DNA of 64,000 nt from Marsupella aquatica (taxonomy: Eukaryota; Plantae; Marchantiophyta), in contig OZ316894.1 of assembly GCA_973895155.1 (NCBI GenBank), positions 26,335,240 to 26,399,239 of the forward strand. The letters are read 5' to 3'. Shown in pieces: positions 12,001 through 23,616 of this stretch. The translations under genes and the position numbers were made by a program. Each line of letters begins with the position of its first letter. Within the stretch, counting starts at the first letter, position 1. A model generated the notes under the pieces. That model did not search any database. It was given only the letters and a program-made list of their open reading frames with translations, and had not been told where the DNA came from.

Positions 12001-14407
12001 CACTTGGCATTTTAACAGCAACAGCAGGCTTAAATACTGTAAAAAGTTTAAATTTTTCAGTAATTTCAGGTTTTCGGTATTACCCAATACTCACAATCAA
12101 GCTAGTCCATGAAATTCTCTGTGATTTCACAAATTTCAAGATCTTACGTGACACTGAAAACATTCAAGTATTCTGCAAACTATGCGAACAGTGTGTGTCA
12201 ATAGTGGCATTCACACCCAACTCTTGTTATATACAATAGATAGATGCTAACTATTACAATCAATCATAATCATTGCATCCATATATAATATTCAATCCTG
12301 GTGCATATCCATAACCTTGCAATAAAAGTCTCCAAGAGATATGGGAAAACTCTTGTGGTCGATAAGAGTGTTTTTTGGATTTACATGTGGACCAATAGAA
12401 ATGTAAAAATGCGACGAGTGACATGACCCATTATGCCACCCTTCATGTAAACTAACTTTTGCCAATATTCCAAAACCCTGAGTATATCTAATATCTAGTT
12501 GTCTTAGCCCATGATTACTTCTAAACAAATTGTAAACTTTCTGCTAAAATGGATAGATTGTACTCTTGGGTTGATCAGACATGGAACGGTCTAATTCTAT
12601 ATTAATGTACCGTCCCAGGGTTTCTGTCACCTCTTTCGTCTCTCCTTTGAGCACGCCTCAGGCCTCCACAAGCCACTGTCTGCTAAGATCTTATTGTCCA
12701 AGATTTGTCATATTCACATTGAGTAACTAAAATCACCCCAGGCATGTACCTTGCAACATTAGTCTATTCTAGAATAAACTGGGTGGCTATACCTAGGTGG
12801 GTTGTCAGAAATTAAGGCTCTATCGTGAAGTCACAAGTGAACAAAGGTGGGCATCTATGATAATGCTAATGATAAACAAACAGACATATAGCACCGTACC
12901 AATCATTCTCGCCCAGATCATTCCGCTCCCATGGACTTTCATGTTTGCTGAAATGCTTGGATATACTTTGCAACCCGGTTAGAGTACAGCAAAACCCTCT
13001 TTTCTACTCTTATACAGTACATGTTACAAACCCGGTTACAAAGTTGAGTCACTCAATTCAGTGACCTACATATTTCCAAAGTTGTACTGTACTCACAAAT
13101 TTCTGACATGAGAAATTTGTAGGTCACTAAATTCTAAATGCAATTGGACCATACTAGGCGTTTCCCTTGAGATCAAAGCTAAATACTCAAAAGTTTTGGA
13201 AGTGCAAAGTTTGGGTGGTGAATAATGGACTAATCTTTAGAAATTTATGATTCTCAGTCTCTGATCCTCATGAAAACTAGAGAAACTAGCTAGATATATT
13301 GGTTGTAAAGACCTTTCCAAGATGCTTTTAAGGAGAATGATAGAGCAAATTCTGGCTGGATATCAAAGGATGTATTGAAGGTCAAACTCTGGTGTTGACA
13401 ATTGTTGGAAGCGAGAACTCGGCAACGAGTGAAAGTTTCAAAGGTGTCGCACTCCATGGGGGTTGCATGGTTAAGTTCAAGGGCTCGGTCCATGGGAGCA
13501 TCTATTTCAACACATAATTGGTTTTTACATCTTTTGATAGAGGGGGAAGGGGAGGATTTACAAAAATTCTCAAGAAAATTGCATTTTTCAACATTTACCC
13601 GACACATTGTAGTGTGAGAAACTTGATCAAATTTAGAAAATAATACATGAAAAATTTAATCGGGAAGTGTTTCTTATATGTAGGATGTTCATCCTAGAAC
13701 AGTAATCAGTTTCTGCTTTGTACCAATGGAAGAGTCTCTTAACTCCCCCTGTATATCCAAAGAAACATCACTTCTAGAATGATTTTCCCATATCAGGGTT
13801 GCAAAAAATCGTTATGAACATTTCTAACAACAGTTTGATGTCATGGGAGCCTTTTTTCAGACCGTTCAATTTGAAAGCCATGATATTTTAATAGAAGCAA
13901 AAAGAAATTTGACTAGGAAATAGCTACAACTTCTAAATATTAACTTAGTTAGTAAAGTTTTCATGAGTTGTAATACATCAAGGAGATATTTTCACAACTA
14001 TCTGGGTGTGGGAGTTCACTTTCAAAATATACACCCTAGTATCTTATCCACACACTAGAATATCAGTTCCCCCCAGCCAATCATAGGTTTGTGAATTGCC
14101 ATCCGGCCGGAAGAAATCCTGACTGTTTGCTGAAAAACTTTTTTGATTTCTGTCATGTTTGATCGACCAAAAACACCTCCTTGTGTGCCCTTGACCTTGC
14201 GCAGTTGCCATTCATGCCTTGCCCTAGCTAACTGTGCAAGGCACGTACATTAGCTCGTGGATAAGGTAGTTTGGAAGTCCATAAATATTCAATATCAGGA
14301 AACATGGGGCATTCTTTAATTATGAGATCGGGTATGAGATAGGTGAATGGGCCACAAGAGAAGGATGATTACAATGTGAGACAATCTAAGACTAATATAT
14401 TAATATA

Positions 14408-14860
14408 TCAAACTGCCAAAAAACAAAGGGCACCCAACCAGGACACATGATAACACAAGCAAAAGTCCCAATCAAAGGGAGGCAACCAAAAGCTCCCACA
14501 AGTTCAAAGGACCCACGCAGAAGCCTTGTACAACAACAACAGGAAACATAAGAACCTAAACCCTACCTATCTGCAAATAGAAGCGCCTGGTAAAACTCCA
14601 GTGTGAACTACAAAGGGGGGTCAAGGAAAGGAATCCCACTAGAGTACATAGGGGGTCCAGCAAAGAAATACTACTAGAGTACAAAGAGAGTACATAGGGG
14701 GTCAAGCAATGGAAATCCCACTCGAGTACATAGGGGGGGGGGGGGGGGTCAAGCAAAGAAATACGACTAGATCGAGTACATAGGGGGGTGCAAACAATGG
14801 AATCTGACTACTGTAGAGTCCCTACCACCTTCTGCCTCCCTTTGGTTTTTGGCAGTTTGA
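14408..14860. mobile_element. MITE-like element with ~23-bp TIRs and internal tandem repeats
   Basis: The ends tcaaactgccaaaaaacaaaggg and ccctttggtttttggcagtttga are reverse complements with 1 mismatch. gagtacatagggg..tcaagcaa is repeated ~4x inside. No clear TSD. Confidence 0.7.
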
Positions 14861-15143
14861 AGTTATATAGAATAGAGAATTCCTGAGCCCCTGAGAGACA
14901 GACGAGATGCTTCAGGTGATGTGTCTTCTGTTTCTACTCGAATTGAACGACTTTGAACATTTTTGTGTAATTGCTGGAAGCGCTGGTTACAACTTCCAGA
15001 ATATCTTACAAGGAGGATTCATGACTTCAGGTTTGATGCTGTCTTCTTATTACAGTGTAATAGGACAGTACATAGATCCGTTTCCAGTTTCCAGCCCAAG
15101 AGCACCTGCAAGACGACATAGACGAGGAGCCAGCGGGATTCTC

Positions 15144-15261
15144 GAGGACTCGAAATGGAATGCAGCCCGAAGAGTGCGAAATCAGGCAGACAGGTTACCT
15201 TGAGGACTCGGAATGGAATGCATCCCGAAGAGTGTGAAATCAGGCAGGCTGGTGACCTTGC
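15144..15261. repeat. 58-bp tandem duplication
   Basis: gaggactcg(a/g)aatggaatgca(g/t)cccgaagagtg(c/t)gaaatcaggcag... x2. Confidence 0.85.
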
Positions 15262-16420
15262 TGCTCCAAGCGACGGACCTGCACATAGGCGTGGAGCGAC
15301 AACGTAATAATTGTGCGATCACGTGGAACTGTACTCTCTCTCGCTGAAAACAATCTCCTGCTGGCCTTGCCGTCGAGAGAAAGCGAAGTGACTCAGTGAG
15401 GGAGCGACCGAGGCTGGCCGGGGAGATCAGGGCTAGCTGAGATTTTCTGAGCTTCTGTCATCAGTTGTGTGAGTGCCTCACAGGGAATTATGCAGCATGC
15501 ACGGTAATGAAGATTTGGGTTGACGAAAACCGAAGCGGCAAAGGCGGAATTTCTAGTTATGGCCGGTGAACGAAAGTCAGTCGGAAGTCGATCACTGTAG
15601 GAAGGTACGGTAGTCAAGACTAGCAGGTTCCATTTCAAGGAACGAGGATGCGGTGGGGAAGACGGAAAGTTGACGTCTAGCAATCGGAGCCGGAAGCGGA
15701 GCCCTGCAGTGCGCATTCCGGCTGGCACGAGGATCTACACTGATCCCTGTCGTCAGGCTATGTACATTCTACTAATGCTCGAGTTGTGAGAGATTCCTCC
15801 TCGCCAGAAGCAAGGAAGCGAGTGTAGGAGATGCCTATACATCAAATGTGTTTTCAGTTAATGAAGCCGCTGACGTGACTGTGTGATACCCTTCGATCAG
15901 AGCGCTGGAAACTTTGACCGTTCATTTATCCGACATGTGTCTATCCAAACTGGCTAGCTTGCTATCAATGATGGCGCCTGCTGAGAGATGAGACTAGTAA
16001 GTTTCTACTGTTTTGCAATACCAGTCCATTTTACGTCGGTCGGCTTTCGCGTTTCCTTCTATCATGTCTATGGATCACTGTGGCAAGCTCACTCGTGTTC
16101 TGAAACGTAGAGTTCAATTGTAGGAATGAAATTGACTATATGTGGTCCTTATTTCTATATTTCATGCCCCAGCCCAGCTAGTCTGAGCAAGCTGGTCTGA
16201 GCATTGTGTTCAAGTTCCAGGACTTTTGCTCCCGCTTTTGCTTCGGCGAGCTCGCGGGACCCATTTTTAATCGAGTGGGCACTTTATCGTGGGGTTTTTG
16301 CACAGATCTGCAATCACAAGTGTTGACGTACTGCATGCGAATTGCTTTTGGGAAGGCTGGGATTCCCTCAAGCGTGGACGCAGCAGCCGTATTGAGCTGC
16401 CAGGGGCTGGCTCAGTAACG

Positions 16421-19213
16421 ATGGTCAACGATAAATCAATAAGAGGTCTGACTGGCTCCAGGAATTGGCATGGAACCGCGCATGGATCTAGCGACGAGAA
16501 CCTGAGATGCGGACATTACCTCCTTCTGTTGCTCCTGGTCCCCACACTCTCCTCTGTGTTCCACTTCTGCGATGCTGCGAACAGCATTGCGACTGACACT
16601 TCAGCTTTGTTAGTTTTCAAGCAGTTTGCCGACCCAGGTGGCAATGTGCTGATCTCGTGGGATAATAAGACTAGTCAGAGTCTTTGTACCAGCTGGAAGG
16701 GGATTAAGTGCAACGCGAAAGCGACAAGAGTAGTAGCGGTCAATTTGTCTGGCTTTCAGCTCTCAGGTACCTTCAATAAGGGCACTTTGAGCAACTTGAG
16801 TCAGCTAAAAAATTTGGATGTTTCCAAGAACAACTTCCAAGGATCGATGCCAGATGATCTCGGAAATCTCCTACATCTGCAGCAGCTGCTGGCGGTGAAT
16901 GCTCGATTCTCGGGCTCCTTCCCGAATTCCTTGGCCAATAGCACCAGACTAACTATAATGAGCTTGGCCGGCAATAAGTTTTCGGGACGGATTCCAGATC
17001 TTAATGGGCAGAGTGCAATGCTTTCTCTGGACTTCAGCTCAAACACTTTTTCAGAAAGTATACCTGCGCTGCCACCGATTGTTCAGAACGTTAGTCTGAG
17101 TAACAACCTTTTGAAGGGCAGGATTCCTTCCTCGTTTCCCTCCAGCCTGATAAATCTAGATTTGAGTAACAACCAGTTGTCAGGATCGACTCCTCCAAGC
17201 TTAGTAAATGTCCCACATGTTTCTCTTAATGGAAATACGCAGTTGTGTGGACGTGGTACTCCAAATCCATGTCCAGGCGCCAGGCGGGCCCTGGCGTTGG
17301 CCCTTGGCCCGGTCCCAGCTCCTGCGCCACTCCCAGGGAAACACAAGAAGTTTAGCACAAAGGCAATAATTGTCTTAGTCATAGTTGATATCATAGGGGT
17401 CTTGCTGCTAGGTGGTGGACTTCTCTTGTACTTATCAAAGGTCGCCTCATTCAAGAACTTTTTTCAAATTTTCGCCGCCAAGGAAACCCCTGTCAAGCCA
17501 CCATCCCCAGCAGATCCGTCAGGAACGGGAGGAATGATTCCTGAAAACGAAAAAGCCGAACTAATTTTCGTCGACGAATCTACACACGATTTCGAGTTGG
17601 AAGAGCTGCTCCGTGCATCCGCGGAGATATTGGGAAAAGGCAGCTTAGGGACGACGTACAAAGCCCGTCTGGACAACGGACATATGGTTGCTGTGAAAAG
17701 GCTGAAGGACGTCAAGGAGATGCCCAAGAAGGATTTTGAAACAACGATGAATGCTTTGGGACAATTGAACCATCCAAATCTTCTTCCACTAAGAGCCTAC
17801 TACTACACCGAAGAGGAGAAGCTTCTCGTGTACGACTACATGTATAATGGAAGTTTAGCTTCCGTTCTTCACGGTAAGTACATGAACATTATCTTGCTAG
17901 ATCTTGTACGTAGGTCACCGCATTTAAAAAATCGTTGTGTGTCACTGGCTACTCTCACCTCGCACGAAATTCTAACCGTCCATACACTTGGAGTAAGTTA
18001 AACTTTGTGTTCCTTCTGAATACCGAGTGTAGTTAGAACAGTCAGGAGCTTCAGGTTAGAGTTCAGTCTAGCTAGATTTCTGACATATATTACACTAGGC
18101 GATAACCTGACCCGTGATTTCAATACTCGCAGTCTATTTCTGCTCCTTCTTCTGACCTGTGTTTTTGAACCGAAGGTGCTGGGAGAGAAGAAATCTCATT
18201 CCCCTGGGACAGCCGACTGCAAGTTGCCTACGAAGTGGCACTGGGACTAAGTTTTCTGCATCAGACCTTCCCACCGCAGACGATTCCTCATCAAAACTTG
18301 AAGTCGTCTAATGTTATCATTGGCAACAACTATGAGGCGTACTTAGCGGACTTTTGTCTCGTGCCTCTAATGCCTCCACGTATAGCTGCCCAAGGGATGA
18401 CAGGTTACGGAGCTCCAGAATACAATCGCTCCAGAAAACGATCGGAGAAGGCGGACATCTACAGCTACGGTGTTCTGCTTCTAGAACTCTTGACGGGTAC
18501 GTGCGTCTCTCTTTTGAATTCCTACTTGTGTCCTACCATTCATAACGAGCTGGAATTAATGTGCTCATTATAAATAAGCTCGGTCAGAATAACTACACTA
18601 ATACTGCATTCGTCCTTTGATAATACGGTAGAATGGCCACTAACATTTCATGGTTGACGGCACGCATTTATTGTATTTATCTCAGCGTCAACTCCTAGGA
18701 CTCTCCTTCACTGATTCAGGGTAGATTAGTTAATTAGGGCCCTATTGCCAACTTTGACTATCAACTTCCACACTAAGTCTGCATTTGACGCTAATTAGTA
18801 CCCATGAAAGGTACCGATGAGGGAAAGTTGACCTGATCGATAGTGTGTCCTGTTTTCGTGTATTTTCAGGCAGGAAGCCCACACATGCATCTTATCCGGA
18901 TGGTATTGACTTGCCAAAATTTGTGAAAGGAGCTGTGAGAGAGGAATGGACTGTAGAGGTCTTCGACTTGCAGCTAAAGACCAGTAGGGATGGCGATGGA
19001 GAGATGGTGACAGTCCTACAGATTGCAATGAGATGTGTGGACGAAGATCCGGATCAGCGCCCATCATTATCACAAATATTGAAAGTCCTTGAGAACTTGA
19101 AACAGGCCAAAGCAGCTTACATGGATCCTTCGCAATCTGGCGACTTTAGCAGTGGTCAATCTGATGCCAGAGAAGTACATCTTGATCATGATTCCGCTTC
19201 TTTCTCTCGTTGA
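16421..19213 (+). CDS. Leucine-rich repeat receptor-like kinase, LRR-III/PRK-like atypical (pseudo)kinase; exons 16421-17873, 18176-18496, 18870-19213
   Basis: Signal-like hydrophobic stretch, LRRNT (W...C.W.GI.C), plant LRRs, GN..LCG cap and a TM helix. The juxtamembrane reads FELEELLRASAEILGKGSLGTTYKA, followed by VAVKRL. The catalytic loop is HQNLKSSN with DFC. The C-lobe has VREEWTVEVFD. GT-AG introns keep the frame. Confidence 0.93.
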
Positions 19214-20899
19214 ATTGGGAACGCTTTCGAATGTTGGAGCATCATAGCGATAAGTACAACCTCGCAGTACCCGGTAATGGTGACTTCTATATGGATAGAT
19301 TTTGACGACTGGCGCGTGGGGTTTTGCGAACTTCTTCGGCCAGCTGAATGTTGCGAAATCAGACATCACATTAGTGCAAAGCCGCAAGAATTTGACTTAT
19401 TATATTCTTGTACAACAAATTTTATATTTAGATTTTGGCAATCTATTGTGCACTGCGTCAGATTATCTGAGCTGCCAGTGTACCTTATCTGAACTTGAGG
19501 AGTAGCGACAACGAGTACAAATTATACTTTCTTCACTCTACAGCGGAATCCAAAACAATCCCGCTCGAGGTACTGCTCGAGGTATTTCTAATCCCTGATG
19601 AAGTTGCTGTTAAGCAATCTCTTGGCGGGTCTCTTGAATGGGATAATTCGATTCTAGAAAGAATTTCTTTGTACCCATAGGTACGAGGAGAAACTGACAT
19701 TGATTAATCCTGTATGGAGAACCGATCATGATCTTGCATTTTTCTATGGTCTTTGTGTTAGAAATAGTCTACCTTCCAAGTTAGTGGGCTAAATTAAAGC
19801 TTGAGGTTCGGGGTTTGCTTTCACTCCGCGAGGAGCACATAAGATTTGAGTATTATGTACACGTATCAAAGGTATGTTAAGCACACAATCCGAAGCGGGG
19901 AGCTAGGTTCAAGTTTATATCAGTTTGATGGAGATTTCAAGTGTCCATGATCGATCAGTATAAAATCTAGATCGATCTAACGGGCGGGAGACTACAGAGA
20001 AAGAATGAGTTTAGTAGGTAAAGTGGTTGTCTCTTGTAATGGTCAAAAGAAACCACATGGTCGTCGTAGCTACAGGAGGCATGCGAGACTTTACTTTGCT
20101 CGTGCATGTTACTCTCATACAATTCCAACATCCCCTCTCGAGCAGGATCTAATAGTAGGCATTCTTACAGTCTGGGCGCACTAGCGATCATCGAGAGACC
20201 CTAGTTTGGCAGAGCAACAGTGACGCTGGCGAGGGTTAAGTGCGCTTCTTTAATTTTGAAGCGTTGCTGCTTCTGTTCTGTCTTGTTTAGCTTGATACCT
20301 CTGTTCTCAAGGTACATATGTGACCCCTGGAGAGAGTTCTCTGACTGATCAGGGAGAAACTCGGTAATGTCAGTGGAAGCAGATGCACGTCAGCCAGAGA
20401 ACGACAGTTTGGCCCCGTCGAAGCATCCACATGGAGTGGAGAAGATTAAAGCAGACGAGCCGATGCTGCCGAATGCTATGGACATGGACAGTGCCTCCAT
20501 TAAATGCCAGTGATGCCACCTCCCGGATGATTGACAATGTATTCCACTGAAGTGATAGGCATAGATTCTATGTAGTAATTAGGGATAGATAGGACCGTGG
20601 TATCAATGATTCTTGGGAACTGTGTGCTCAAATCTCTGGCTATACTTTCAAGCAGTTGTTAGTCGCAGAGGCGTATTGGCTACAATGTATGTGCATAGGA
20701 ATGTTTCCCAATGTGTTCCTATCACGTGAATAAAATATTCTGTTTCCTTCTAAGGTTCCTCCCGTGGCTTGACTCCTAATCGCTCTCGATGCGTTTCACC
20801 TTGAATACCTGGGAGCAGATAGTCCAGATTTCTGCTCCAGGTTGATCATGAGTGGATATATACTTCAAACAGATTTCCCCTCTAGTTTAGACGGGCTCA

Positions 20900-22800
20900 C
20901 GAATGAAGTGATGTTGTATCTTATAAATTCCAACGAAATCATACTCCTTGCATGAACCACGTTCAGCAAGTTTGATGGATCCAATGTTGTAACAATGAAG
21001 GTGAGCATCCTCACTGAACAGTGGATGTCGCAGCCTTCGACTGAGATCAAAGAGAACGACGGGGTATTTACATTCCAGGGGATCACGTAGAGGACCTCTA
21101 CAGAGGATCTGACAGTTAAATAGAATGGGTGACAGAGGATCTCGCAGAGGATCTGTTGAGAAGCTCTCCAAAATTCTGCTGGAGCTGGATCTTCATAAGG
21201 CGTACGACCCTGTATCCCTACCCTGAGCTGGGACACTATGTCTGCAATGAACATTCATCGCATGTCATTGCTTTAGTGACAGCACTTGAATGTGCAGGGA
21301 GCTGATTCTAAAGCCCATGTAAACGGACTTTTCACTCAAAGCTATTCCACTGGAAAGAGGTGTCGATCAGGTAAGAATGTCCGTTGGCGCCACTTTTGTT
21401 TGCTCTTGTGATTCAACCATTGATGGCGGTGTTGGATGCCTATCTTTAGAAGGGTCGCTGGAAGGGCATTGTTGTATATATCAACTTTTGCTGACGACGC
21501 GGGTCTGCTCTTCCACAAGTCGGACAGCGAATTCCTGGCTGCTAAGGATGTCAGGTGTCCGGTGCCAAGCTTAATCGGCAGAAGTCCACGATCATCCCAT
21601 TGCAGCTTGTCAATCGACTCCAGCGTGTTATCATCAAATGGGCTGCAAAATTGCTCTGGAGGGAGAAGTTATTCAATATTTAAAGTGCCCATTTTGCCTA
21701 AATACCACTCCACAACAAAAGATGGAATTTCTTCTAGACAAAGTCCACAAGAAGATTCGACATTGGTCCCATCGCATTCTCTTTTCATTGCCAGTTCGGC
21801 GGGCCGGGCAGTCCGGTGATTTTGTTAAAGCACGTCCTTAGTGCCATTACTGTTTATCACTTAATGACGTTGTCCTTATTGTAAGAAGGATACGCCAGAT
21901 TGGAAGGTCTCTGTCGACAGTTTTCTACGGGTTCGAATGAGGATGGGTCGTGCAAGAAGGCTTGAGTTGCTTGGGAGGAAATTGCCAGACCAAGCACTGT
22001 AGGTGGTCGTGGAATTCTGCTTTAATTTTGAGCTCACAGCCCCAAAATGATTGCGTTTCTTACCTCAACTCCCTGCAAGCCGCCGATCGCCCTTGGGTCC
22101 AGATGGTTCTGATCGACATTTGAGGCATGGACTAAGAAGAAACTAGCCATGGGTCTCCTGGTGAAGCCTTACTCTTTTCTCCTGAGCTGCAATTGCACCA
22201 CGCTCCGACCTTACGAGTTTAGTTCACGGCTGGAAACAGCTACTCATCGTGTACGTTTCGATTTGAATGAAATTAGCATCCCGGGACATCTTTCGATCAA
22301 AGTAAGCAACTTCTTCGGTTATTGGGAAGTACTATCATGGAGGATCTCGAAAGTGGGTCGAAAGTGGGATTGTCTAGACGGATGGAAAGATCTTACGACG
22401 GGCGCAACTCTTCTTAAAACACTCGTGCTACGTTAGTGAATGCTTACCAATGGTAATAGCAGACTTCAGTGCAGCACCGGGTTGACGACAGATCAATTGG
22501 GACATAGTGAAGGGTTTCTCAAAACGGAGTTTTTCAAAACTACCTAACGGCTTCCTGTGGACGCGAATGCTTGTCTCCCCCACTAAATATGGAGTATGAA
22601 CAGATCAACCGTGAGTGGAGTTTGGCAGCTTCCTTTTGGACGCCGCTCTCGACATCTCTATGGGGATCTTGCTTGCATTACAAATCACGCGTAATTGTTT
22701 GGAGGGTAGTGCAGTAGAGTTTCCATACTAATCATGTAGTCTTGAAATAGCGCACAACTGAATTTGTCAACGTAATGCAAGACGACGATTTATCTAATAA
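20900..22800 (+). mobile_element. Degenerate LINE (L1-like) reverse transcriptase remnant
   Basis: Frameshifted RT motifs appear in the expected order: LDLHKAYD (~21190), HVNG..T..IPLERGV.QG.CPLAPLLF (~21320-21400), FADDAGL (~21490), then the FxWG...W..+...K..GG.G region (~21920-22010). Confidence 0.75.
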
Positions 22801-23269
22801 AGGGGGATTGAAACTTGTATGGGGAAATGTACCTAGTAAAGGAAGATTGAAAATTGTATCCATTACAAGAAATAGGGCTGCAATTTGTCTGTTTTTTCCA
22901 TGTGTGCGATGTGCGACTTTAGTTCACAAGGGTATAATAAGGCAAAAGCATTATTTACCTATCCTAGTTACCCTATGTTGGGCCCCTTGTTTTCTGACAT
23001 GTGTACATGTTTTTCTGTCAAACTTAGACCACCTCAAGAGGTGGTCTAAAATAATGGACCAAGTCTATGTTTCTATTGAGGGTCTTGTATTTATTATATC
23101 CAGGCCTGCCACATTTTGGCTCATGCATTTTAACTTTAGTGTATGCAACTAGTCCATTGGTCTCTTTTAATTGGATGGACATACACAGAGTTCCCCTTTG
23201 TCTTGTAAAACCCCTCTAAAATGGGTGACAGCAATTGAGGATGAGTGTGTACTATCTAGAGAGAAGTCA

Positions 23270-23616
23270 TGTTAGGATTAACTCTTAGGTCTAGAGTTAC
23301 AATTGTTCCGCATTTAGGGCTAACTTTAGTTGCAGACTAGGTTAGATATGTTGCACACACACTATACCCAAGGGGTGTTTGCTTGGATAGAGTGAACTCA
23401 AAGTCATTGTTACGGAGCCAATTGAGAGAAAGGGAGAGCTTGTGTAGCTATGGATGCTTCGTATATATGGTCGGTCGGCTTAAAGTGCAATAAAACTCTT
23501 GTGTGTTCCCGTTGAAGTAGCTTTATGTGGAGATGAACCATGTATCTCTCTATGTTGACTACTTGATCATTGGATGGTTACGGGCATGCTGTTGTGAATA
23601 TCGTCAACGCTCAACA
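23270..23616 (+). repeat. Isolated LTR of the same family as the Copia at 37827-44504, in opposite orientation and older
   Basis: TGTTAGGATT...GCTCAACA is a diverged reverse complement of the 345-bp Copia LTR. There is no matching TSD. A degenerate PBS-like tggtattcgagc follows a few bp downstream. Confidence 0.85.

Larger units (their letters stand above)
7484..13750 (-). mobile_element. Truncated LTR-retrotransposon remnant (likely non-chromovirus Gypsy, Tat/Athila-like) with accessory ORF and no visible gag-pol
   Basis: PPT plus LTR lie at the low-coordinate end, then a long noncoding region, then an intact extra ORF in the same orientation. The high-coordinate boundary is uncertain. Confidence 0.45.

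Noticed and set aside
11740-12087. N-terminal 116 aa of the 925-aa ORF in the track
   Set aside because: It has a non-ATG start and simply translates the CGTAA array and promoter-like DNA. The first ATG, at 11739, is the plausible start.
12292-13617. Small minus-strand ORFs upstream of the accessory ORF as possible pol remnants
   Set aside because: No RT, RNase H or integrase motifs were recognisable.
16289-16420. Longer N-terminus of the RLK ORF
   Set aside because: It begins at GTG. The first in-frame ATG is at 16421.
20887-21171. Minus-strand ORF containing DPLSPILFN (RT-like)
   Set aside because: The ordered RT motifs are on the plus strand, so this match appears coincidental.
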